A program made the translations under genes and the position numbers. Below, piece by piece: positions 9,011 through 16,153 of a DNA stretch of 32,000 nt. Under the pieces are notes generated by a model. That model was given only the letters and a program-made list of their open reading frames with translations. It was not told the DNA's origin and searched no databases. This stretch comes from Marinilabiliaceae bacterium (GTDB taxonomy: Bacteria > Bacteroidota > Bacteroidia > Bacteroidales > Marinilabiliaceae): assembly GCA_016342595.1 (NCBI GenBank), contig JAEINY010000038.1, positions 3,807 through 35,806 on the forward strand, given 5' to 3'. Position 1 is the stretch's first letter. Each line of letters starts with the position of its first letter.

Positions 9011-9679
9011 CTATTTAAGGTCGATGAAAAAGAGATTAAACTTATCCGCTGTTTTGGGCGTAGATTTTGTGATCGGCACCTTACAATGCTTTTCAATTCT
9101 TTCAATCAGCTTACATTTAGCAACGACCTTATTCTTCCCTCTCAACTTATAATTAATGGCCCCCATAATCAAATCAGCCAATTGCATAAAAACACTTTCG
9201 TGTGATCGAATAAATTGGAAATTACGAATGGATGCATTCCATTTCAACATTTCATTCAGACGATCTAGCTTCTTATAACTACGTGTATCTTTAATGTCGC
9301 AGTAGATGTTGTAGTTGTAACTTTGGTTGATTTTGTGGTGGAGCAACTGATAATACATTCGAAAGTAAAAATCGTCGTAAGTAAACTCCTCTCTGGATTC
9401 ATTAATTTGAGTCTTATCCACAATGATAGACCTGAAATTCATGTCGTTGGAAAAGAAATAATCAATTAAATCAGCATAGAAATAGTATTGGCCATTAGAA
9501 ACGTTTGACCATTTTATTTCTCCTCTTACTTTGTGTTTAGCTCTTATGGCTTTTATACTCTCTTTGTGTTGCTTCAGCTGATTATACGCCACGCTGACAT
9601 ATGCAATCATCATGAAAGGCATCCCATCATTCTGAAGATGGGTACTTTCATCGCAGTACATGTTAAAGGTTTTACTCAT
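9011..9679 (-). CDS. DUF3800-family protein
   Basis: N-terminal MYCDESTH (the family pattern is hydrophobic-DESG/T), GEIKWSNVS, and C-terminal HESVFMQLADLIMGAINY (QLAD motif), as I recall them for DUF3800. Confidence 0.6.
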   Translation of the reverse strand: MSKTFNMYCDESTHLQNDGMPFMMIAYVSVAYNQLKQHKESIKAIRAKHKVRGEIKWSNVSNGQYYFYADLIDYFFSNDMNFRSIIVDKTQINESREEFTYDDFYFRMYYQLLHHKINQSYNYNIYCDIKDTRSYKKLDRLNEMLKWNASIRNFQFIRSHESVFMQLADLIMGAINYKLRGKNKVVAKCKLIERIEKHCKVPITKSTPKTADKFNLFFIDLK

Positions 9680-9910
9680 GGCATTTCAATAACTACTATT
9701 TGACTATATTCCTAATTATTGTCTCTTGTCTCATCCTCACTTATTCCGGCGCATGGGGCTTCCTTGGGGATAACCACAATGCAATTGCGCCAAAAAACTT
9801 TACATCTTTCACCCAGGGCGATGTCCTGGGCTTTGATATCATGCCCTTTCAGGGCGCTATTGAGTGTCATTGTGATCTCATATGTATTCTATTTACTGAA
9901 GCATAACACT

Positions 9911-10102
9911 CTAAATAATGGGTATCTGATTTCGCCACATCCTTACCAGTTGTTCCACTTCGATGATGTTATCATCATTCAATTTAGTTTTAAGTTTTGT
10001 CGCTTTATTAAACGACTTCACTGCTACTTGATCCTTAGTTGTTGCAGCACATTTTGCTGCATGGATTTTTTCAATTTCTCTTTTTAAAATAAATGCTCTC
10101 AT
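9911..10102 (-). CDS. Small hypothetical protein (63 aa)
   Basis: ATG-initiated ORF in the same orientation as its neighbours, between the PIN-like gene and the DUF3800 leader. No recognisable motif. Confidence 0.3.
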   Translation of the reverse strand: MRAFILKREIEKIHAAKCAATTKDQVAVKSFNKATKLKTKLNDDNIIEVEQLVRMWRNQIPII

Positions 10103-10172
10103 AATAAATATTTATTATAAATACTAAAAATTTGAAAAAGCAATCGAAAATTCACTCATCCAGCTAAAAAAA

Positions 10173-10976
10173 TTATTTCTTTTCTTCCGATGTTACCAAC
10201 TTGTCGGAATTTTCTTTTGCTTCCTCCGTTTCCGGGACAAAAAGATACTTCTCCATGCCAGCTCTTTTAATAATATTGACCCATTTGGTATCGGCTGTCC
10301 AATATTTTCTTTGGGGTGTTACATAAATCATGTTAAAAAGGTCGAACCAATCATTTTCTTTTAACACTATCGCTCCTGTTTCCAGATCGTTGAAAACCAC
10401 TTTTAATACATTTTCGAAGAGTTCAATCTGCGACCAGTCGAAGCTATTGCTCAGCTCTGTATCTTTAGTTCTCAGTTGAACACACATGGAGATGAATGCT
10501 CTATTGGCAGGTATAGAGTCTTCTTTGCGATGCTTTTTTTTGTCCTTTATATTTGGCTTAATGGCTGCTGCAGTTGAGTTAAAACTATCGGCGGCTAATT
10601 TTAAATCATCTCGCCGTTTCTGGCAGTGAGCTTTAAAAGCGTCTGCCTTTTCCTCTGCAATATCATGACCTTTGGCCACCAATTTAGTAAACTGCAAGAT
10701 GGGCAGCAGTTCTTGTGCAGGATTGAAAAAGAATCTTGGATTATCCAATCTTTTTAAATAAACGAGAGGGGGTTCATAGATAGTACCCTTCGAATAAGTC
10801 ATTAATGCTTGAATTGCTTTCCGGGTTACTTCCGGATGCTTCAATAAATTCGGCGTACGTGACAATTCATCGATTGAGTGAAATGTTCCAATCAATTTAT
10901 GCTTAGAAAGAAAATCCTCAGTAGGGGGATTTTGCCCCAGGTGGTACCAGACATTTGTATCGCAAACTATTTCCAT
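10173..10976 (-). CDS. PIN-like nuclease-domain protein with a large insertion
   Basis: Starts MEIVCDTNVWYHL (PIN strand-1 D), then SIDEL, NDWFDLF and YWTADTKW, which could supply the remaining acidic residues. About 150 aa lie between the halves. The start is 8 nt after the hsdS stop. Confidence 0.4.
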   Translation of the reverse strand: MEIVCDTNVWYHLGQNPPTEDFLSKHKLIGTFHSIDELSRTPNLLKHPEVTRKAIQALMTYSKGTIYEPPLVYLKRLDNPRFFFNPAQELLPILQFTKLVAKGHDIAEEKADAFKAHCQKRRDDLKLAADSFNSTAAAIKPNIKDKKKHRKEDSIPANRAFISMCVQLRTKDTELSNSFDWSQIELFENVLKVVFNDLETGAIVLKENDWFDLFNMIYVTPQRKYWTADTKWVNIIKRAGMEKYLFVPETEEAKENSDKLVTSEEKK

Positions 10977-10984
10977 ATCGACTT

Positions 10985-12289
10985 TTATTGAATTAATCTT
11001 TTCTTCCCCGTGAGCAACTGCTGCATTAAACCTTTTTTCTGCTCTTTGAGTTTATCCAGTTTGGTTTTTAGCAACTCAATTTCGGTATCGGCAGTTTGCA
11101 GGACTTTGGCGATTAATTTCTGTTCATCGTACTGGGGTAATTTAAAAGCCCACTCTTCCAATGCTTCTTTGTCAAGATTTCGTCTTACAACACTCGCTCC
11201 TTGAACAGACGCCCCTACTAATGCTTTTAGAAATTCTTCACTGCGGACGTAATAACGCATAAACAGGTGATCAATATCGGCTTTCTTAATTTCAAACACT
11301 TTATATGCAGGCGATACAATACCTACATCAAACTTTTCTAAAACATCAATTGATCCCATCCAAAAATTCAATCCACTCATAACCATATCTCCCTTTTCGA
11401 CTATTAAATATGGAGAGGTATCAGCACTAGCAATCTCCTTTTTAAAATATTCCGCTTGTGAAACTATACCATCTTTCGTTACTGAAAGCACTAGAAATTT
11501 TTCATTTCCTGCTTTTTGTTTTTTTGATTGATAAATATCTTTAAATGTTATCAACCTCCACTCTCCACTAAACCCAAGCAACCGTTTTTTACCGGTTAAG
11601 AGTTGCTGCATGAGACCTTTTTTGCGAAGCTCTTTTTGCGCAATGAGTTTAGTGAGGGTTTGGATGGCTTTGTCCCAGGTGGCGAGGCAGGTGATGATGG
11701 TTGTTTGTTCCGTTATGGTGGGGATTGGAACAACGAAGTTTTTAAGTTGTGTAGAGTTTATACTTGCAAGATTTGTACTCTGTTTGGAGCACAATTTGAA
11801 ATAATGCTTACCATATTCACTTGATGAAAAGATGTTTAGGAAATATGGTAGCAGTATGTTACTATCTGTTCTGACAGCGAATACATGATTTTGATGTAGA
11901 CAATTATCAATTTCATCATTCCAAATTGTCCCTCTTCCAAGCTTGTCAAAATCACCTCCTTCCGTCATTAAAACGTCCCCTTTCTTGAGCAAATATCTTT
12001 CTACTTTATCCTCTAATACCTCAATGTATTTTATTTCGGAAAGATTAAGATGTCCATCCTGGACATTAGCGACTCGTAAATAGGGTAGACTTACTTTTTT
12101 CCCTTCTTTTATTGCACCTTTCTGAAGTCCTGTTTGCACTACGGCCGCGTCTTTAATTTTTACTGTGTCCCACTCCTCCGGGATCCACCACCCAAGTTTA
12201 GTGATTTTAAATCCAGGCCTTTTTTTTGTGAGTTGAGGCTGTGATTTTTCAATGCTGTTATTTATAATTTTGTTGTTAACTGTACTCAT
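10985..12289 (-). CDS. hsdS: Type I R-M specificity subunit (two target-recognition domains)
   Basis: Two TRDs, each followed by the conserved helix ...KKGLMQQLLTGKKRL (it occurs twice). ATG at 12287-12289 is preferred because the track TTG start (12319) lies inside a 12-bp hairpin stem. Confidence 0.9.
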   Translation of the reverse strand: MSTVNNKIINNSIEKSQPQLTKKRPGFKITKLGWWIPEEWDTVKIKDAAVVQTGLQKGAIKEGKKVSLPYLRVANVQDGHLNLSEIKYIEVLEDKVERYLLKKGDVLMTEGGDFDKLGRGTIWNDEIDNCLHQNHVFAVRTDSNILLPYFLNIFSSSEYGKHYFKLCSKQSTNLASINSTQLKNFVVPIPTITEQTTIITCLATWDKAIQTLTKLIAQKELRKKGLMQQLLTGKKRLLGFSGEWRLITFKDIYQSKKQKAGNEKFLVLSVTKDGIVSQAEYFKKEIASADTSPYLIVEKGDMVMSGLNFWMGSIDVLEKFDVGIVSPAYKVFEIKKADIDHLFMRYYVRSEEFLKALVGASVQGASVVRRNLDKEALEEWAFKLPQYDEQKLIAKVLQTADTEIELLKTKLDKLKEQKKGLMQQLLTGKKRLIQ

Positions 12290-12352
12290 ATATTCTTTAT
12301 TAAACCTGTTTTTGCACAATAAACCAAGTAGGTTTATTGTGCAGGAGGAGGT

Positions 12353-13825
12353 TTATTGTTGTTTTGATCCGTTTTCTTTTAATTGCTTTCGGTGATACTC
12401 TAAGTGATTGAACAAGGACTCTCCCCAAAGTTTATTTATTTCTTTTAATTCGTCTTTGGTAATTGGTTGATGGAGTAGCTTTTTTGCAAAACTAATTTCC
12501 CTTCGATTTTTAGCCTTAGTATCAAAAACGCCTAGTATTAATTCGTAATGGTATTGTTCGAACTTCACATCCAACCGGTAGTTACAACCAAAGGGATTTA
12601 AACCTCCTTTTTTATAGGCGCTAAAAGAGGTTTGAAATGATATTTCAGCAGACGGCAAGTGATCCTCATATGAGTTTCCTGTCGGTGTTTTTGAATACAC
12701 AATACCATTATCCGTTTTTACTTCGGCACGAGAAAACAAACTTTGTATTTTATCCAATTCAGGATTTTTATCAAACTTTATATAGGGGCCTTTACCATCT
12801 AAATTCAGGCTAATTGTATGTGCCGGCTTATCGTAAAACTCATTGAATTTTGAAGTTGTATTTGCTAATTGTGTTACTAAATCATACCCCCAGCTTTCCA
12901 ACGCGTTTTTTATCGCGCCATAAGTCAAATGATCTTTTATTTCATTTTCATCGTCCTCCTTTTCAATGTCTTGTTTCAGAAGCGCCAATTTTTTGTCCAG
13001 GTCATCCTCTTCATCGATGCTTTCTCCTTTGGCTCCTTTAATCATCAATTCCAACGAGCGATTTACCTGTTCGCAGATATAATTGAAGAAGTAAGCCAGT
13101 TCACCGGCATCCGCTTGTTGTAAAGCGGCCATGTAGTTTTCCTTATCCTCCGTTTTAACGATTGCCGGCGGATATCCCTTTTGCATCAGGATGAAGTTCA
13201 TGAGCAAACGTGCCAGGCGCCCGTTGCCATCATCAAAGGGATGGATACTAATAAAGCGGTAGTGAAATTCAGTGGCGAAAACTACCGGGTGCAGGTCTTC
13301 TTTGTCCTTGTTGTCATTGTACCACTGCAAGAGATCCCTCATCTTAACAGGCGTTTCCTCTGGCGATGCAAAGTGAAAAGTTTCACCTGTTTTGGTCACC
13401 ACATGATTTGGGGCTGTTTTGTATTGCCCCACAGCAATTGTTCGTGTCGTTGATTGACCATCTGCAGTAACGGCTTTAGATTCATATGGTTCTTTAAGAA
13501 TCATGACATGTAATTCACGAATGAACTTTTCTGTCAATGCTATCCCTTGTTTTATATCTTCTACCAACCATTTTATTGCCTCATCGTGCCCGGTCATCTC
13601 CAAATGATCCTTCAATGGTTTGGCTTGAGCAGTCATTCCAAACATGATGAGCGCTTTGGTCTCGCCAAAGGTGAGTTTATTGCCTTCGATGTTAGCCGAA
13701 TGATAGTTCCAGTCTAATCGAAACTTTTGCATGATGCGTTGCTCCACTTCAGCTGACAGGGGCCGAAAGGTATCTAACTCTTCTTTTAATTGTGATGCTC
13801 GTTTGAGGTTTTCTTTATATGGCAT
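12353..13825 (-). CDS. Fic/DOC-family protein (class II layout) with ~270-aa C-terminal extension
   Basis: Canonical Fic motif HPFDDGNGRLAR (aa 195-206, nt 13208-13243). N-terminal inhibitory-helix motif SANIEG fits [ST]xxxE[GN] (aa 43-48). Sits between hsdM and hsdS. Confidence 0.85.
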   Translation of the reverse strand: MPYKENLKRASQLKEELDTFRPLSAEVEQRIMQKFRLDWNYHSANIEGNKLTFGETKALIMFGMTAQAKPLKDHLEMTGHDEAIKWLVEDIKQGIALTEKFIRELHVMILKEPYESKAVTADGQSTTRTIAVGQYKTAPNHVVTKTGETFHFASPEETPVKMRDLLQWYNDNKDKEDLHPVVFATEFHYRFISIHPFDDGNGRLARLLMNFILMQKGYPPAIVKTEDKENYMAALQQADAGELAYFFNYICEQVNRSLELMIKGAKGESIDEEDDLDKKLALLKQDIEKEDDENEIKDHLTYGAIKNALESWGYDLVTQLANTTSKFNEFYDKPAHTISLNLDGKGPYIKFDKNPELDKIQSLFSRAEVKTDNGIVYSKTPTGNSYEDHLPSAEISFQTSFSAYKKGGLNPFGCNYRLDVKFEQYHYELILGVFDTKAKNRREISFAKKLLHQPITKDELKEINKLWGESLFNHLEYHRKQLKENGSKQQ

Positions 13826-13904
13826 GGTATTGTTCTTTTAATAGGGCTAATAGTTGGTTCGGGTAATGCTCCACCGAAAGATACGGTTGGTGTTTCTATA
13901 TATT

Positions 13905-15431
13905 TTAAAAATCCAATTTTTTCAAATACTCTTCCATTTCCACCTGTACCTCCTTGAGTTCACCCTCCAGCTTTTCAATTTCGTCTTGAACGGCTGGGAT
14001 GTTCACCTCTTCTTCTTCTTCAAAGGTATCTACATAACGTGGTATGTTGAGGTTAAACTCATTCTCTTTGATCTCATCAAAAGAGGCTACGTAGCTGTAT
14101 TTGTCTTCGGCAATGCCTTGTAGTAAGTCCCCATTATGAAATTTATTGTAGGTTTTCACTACTTTTTCAATGTCGGCGTCGCGCAGTTTATTCTGATTTT
14201 TGCCCGGTTCACAATCTTTACTGGCATCGATGAATAATACATCGGTCTGCTCTGCTTTTCCTTTGTTGAAGATGAGAATGGCCGCCGGTATACCTGTTCC
14301 AAAAAAGAGGTTGGATGGCAAACCAATCACTGCTTCCAGCATGTTATCCTCAATGGTTCGTTGGCGAATCTTACCTTCGCTGCTTCCTCTAAACAACACC
14401 CCATGTGGTACCACAACCCCCACTTTTCCTTTGCCTTCATAGGCTGATTCGATCATATGGGAGATAAAGGCCCAATCTCCTTTGCTTTTGGGTGGTACGC
14501 CTCGCCAGAAGCGGTTATACTGGTCATTGGCTGCTTCATCGGCTCCCCACTTGTCCAATGAGAAAGGCGGGTTAGCCACCACTGTATCAAATTTCATCAG
14601 CGCATCCCCTTCTTTATGCTTGGGATTACGAATGGTGTCCCCCCATCGAACGGTGGCATTATCGTAACTGTGCAAAAACATGTTCATGACTGCCAAAGCC
14701 CAGGTACTGCCATTGGCTTCCTGACCATATAAAGAGAAGTTATTACTTTCCACTTCTCTGGCTGCTTTGATGAGTAAAGAACCGGATCCACAGGTGGGAT
14801 CATAAATACGTGCACCAGGCTCACTCTTCGTCAGTTTGGCAATGAGGGTGGATACTTCAGCCGGCGTAAAAAACTCACCGGCTTTCTTACCGGCATCACT
14901 GGCAAAGTTAGCTATGAGAAATTCGTAGGCGTCTCCGATGATGTCCTTCCTGGAAAGATGGGAAGGTGTTAAGTCCAGTTCGGAGAAATCGATCAACAGG
15001 TTTTTCAGTCGTGTGTTTTTCCCTTTGGCATCCCCCAGGTTGCTGCTGTTGAATGAGATGTTGCGAAAGATACCTGAACCGTCTTCACTGGTGAGTTTTT
15101 CGCGGTTAGCTTCTTCAAGGTCGGCTAGGGCAATGTCTATTCGTTCCCCGACATTGGCTTCATTTCGGTGCTCATAGAGGTAATCGAAGTAGCTGTTGGC
15201 AGGTACCACAAAGCGCTCCATTTTCATGGCCCGATCGGTCCGTGCTTCATCTCCTTTATACTGCTTCAGGTACTCTTTGCGCTTCTCCTTATTGACATCA
15301 CTCACGTACTTCAAAAACAGCATGGTGAGTATGTAATCTTTATATTGACTTGGATCGATAACCCCTCGAAAAGTATCACATGCTTTCCACACAATTCTAT
15401 TTATATCCTGATCGTTAATTACCTTACTCAT
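13905..15431 (-). CDS. hsdM: Type I R-M N6-adenine DNA methyltransferase subunit
   Basis: HsdM N-terminal pattern (DTFRGVIDPSQYKDYILTMLFLKYVSD), AdoMet motif YDPTCGSGSLL and catalytic VVANPPFS. Confidence 0.95.
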   Translation of the reverse strand: MSKVINDQDINRIVWKACDTFRGVIDPSQYKDYILTMLFLKYVSDVNKEKRKEYLKQYKGDEARTDRAMKMERFVVPANSYFDYLYEHRNEANVGERIDIALADLEEANREKLTSEDGSGIFRNISFNSSNLGDAKGKNTRLKNLLIDFSELDLTPSHLSRKDIIGDAYEFLIANFASDAGKKAGEFFTPAEVSTLIAKLTKSEPGARIYDPTCGSGSLLIKAAREVESNNFSLYGQEANGSTWALAVMNMFLHSYDNATVRWGDTIRNPKHKEGDALMKFDTVVANPPFSLDKWGADEAANDQYNRFWRGVPPKSKGDWAFISHMIESAYEGKGKVGVVVPHGVLFRGSSEGKIRQRTIEDNMLEAVIGLPSNLFFGTGIPAAILIFNKGKAEQTDVLFIDASKDCEPGKNQNKLRDADIEKVVKTYNKFHNGDLLQGIAEDKYSYVASFDEIKENEFNLNIPRYVDTFEEEEEVNIPAVQDEIEKLEGELKEVQVEMEEYLKKLDF

Positions 15432-15433
15432 GG

Positions 15434-15997
15434 TTATTTTGTTAATGCGTTTAATATTTTCTGATCTATCACTTTATCTTTCAGGGCCGTAATTCTATCT
15501 GACAATTGCCTCTCTCTATTTCGAAGTTGCTCGAAATGTAATATTGCTTTTTGCTTGTCCATTGTTGGTACCAACAACTCTAATTCACCAACTGTACTTT
15601 TGTTGATGGAGAGTAGGTTCGTCCCCTTGGCACCGGCCGTTAATTGTTTTTGCACCTTGGGATGGTTGATTTGCCAGGCTAGAAACTGTGGTAGTATCAC
15701 TTGCTGCTTCACCTCTCTCAATACCAAAAACATGGACGAGGCTACAGCCGGCGTCACCTCATCGTGGTATACGGCTGCGAAAAAATCCCCTGCTTTGGCA
15801 GCAATGAGCAGGTTTCCTTTTTGGAGCAGATGCTTACTGACAGAGTTTGAGCCACTAATGTTGGGATTTAGTCCGACCTTCAGCTTGCGCTGTTCATCAA
15901 AATCCCTGGCTTGCAGGTAGTAAACATCACCTACTGCAGAGGTTTTTGTATATATCCCCGTTGATATTATAGATATGTCTTTTACTTTTATCTTCAT
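15434..15997 (-). CDS. hsdS: Half-size type I specificity subunit (single TRD)
   Basis: 187 aa: one TRD-like region plus a C-terminal coiled helix (TMDKQKAILHFEQLRNRERQLSDRITALKDKV). The stop is 2 nt before the hsdM ATG. The helix differs from that of the full HsdS. Confidence 0.65.
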   Translation of the reverse strand: MKIKVKDISIISTGIYTKTSAVGDVYYLQARDFDEQRKLKVGLNPNISGSNSVSKHLLQKGNLLIAAKAGDFFAAVYHDEVTPAVASSMFLVLREVKQQVILPQFLAWQINHPKVQKQLTAGAKGTNLLSINKSTVGELELLVPTMDKQKAILHFEQLRNRERQLSDRITALKDKVIDQKILNALTK

Positions 15998-16019
15998 TTA
16001 ATTCTCAGTATAACGAATA

Positions 16020-16027
16020 CAAAAATA
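16020..16027 (-). promoter_or_regulatory. Candidate Bacteroidota -7 promoter box for the hsd operon
   Basis: The minus strand reads TATTTTTG (TAnnTTTG consensus) 22 nt upstream of the ATG at 15997. A TTGC lies 19 nt further upstream as a weak -33 element. Confidence 0.3.
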
Positions 16028-16153
16028 ATAAACACAGGTTAAACATGCAAGTATATTTTTAAGTATATTTTCTACAAAACTTAAACCGCAACCATACTCT
16101 GCTGACTTAGTGCATCATAAAAATAGATACAAAACAGTACACTTGAATTGCTA

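Noticed and set aside
8476-9105. Long form of the DUF3800-partner ORF (start 9105), and the TTG start of hsdS at 12319
   Set aside because: The long form overlaps the DUF3800 gene by 95 nt, whereas an ATG sits 7 nt after its stop. The hsdS TTG lies inside a 12-bp hairpin stem, with an ATG 10 codons downstream.
9700-10087. Plus-strand ORFs 9700-9906 and 9719-10087
   Set aside because: They run opposite to every neighbouring gene, use non-ATG starts, and span the hairpin-rich leader and the antisense of the 63-aa ORF. Their composition is not protein-like.
10103-10116. 14-bp perfect palindrome aataaatatttatt abutting the start codon of the 63-aa ORF, considered as an operator
   Set aside because: It is composed only of A/T in an AT-rich spacer. 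That is too low in complexity to distinguish from chance without comparative data.
12220-12227. T8 (A8 on the coding strand) homopolymer early in hsdS as a phase-variation switch
   Set aside because: Eight A/T in a row is expected by chance in this AT-rich DNA and is shorter than tracts usually shown to slip. Similar runs occur elsewhere (e.g. 10534-10542, 28551-28558).
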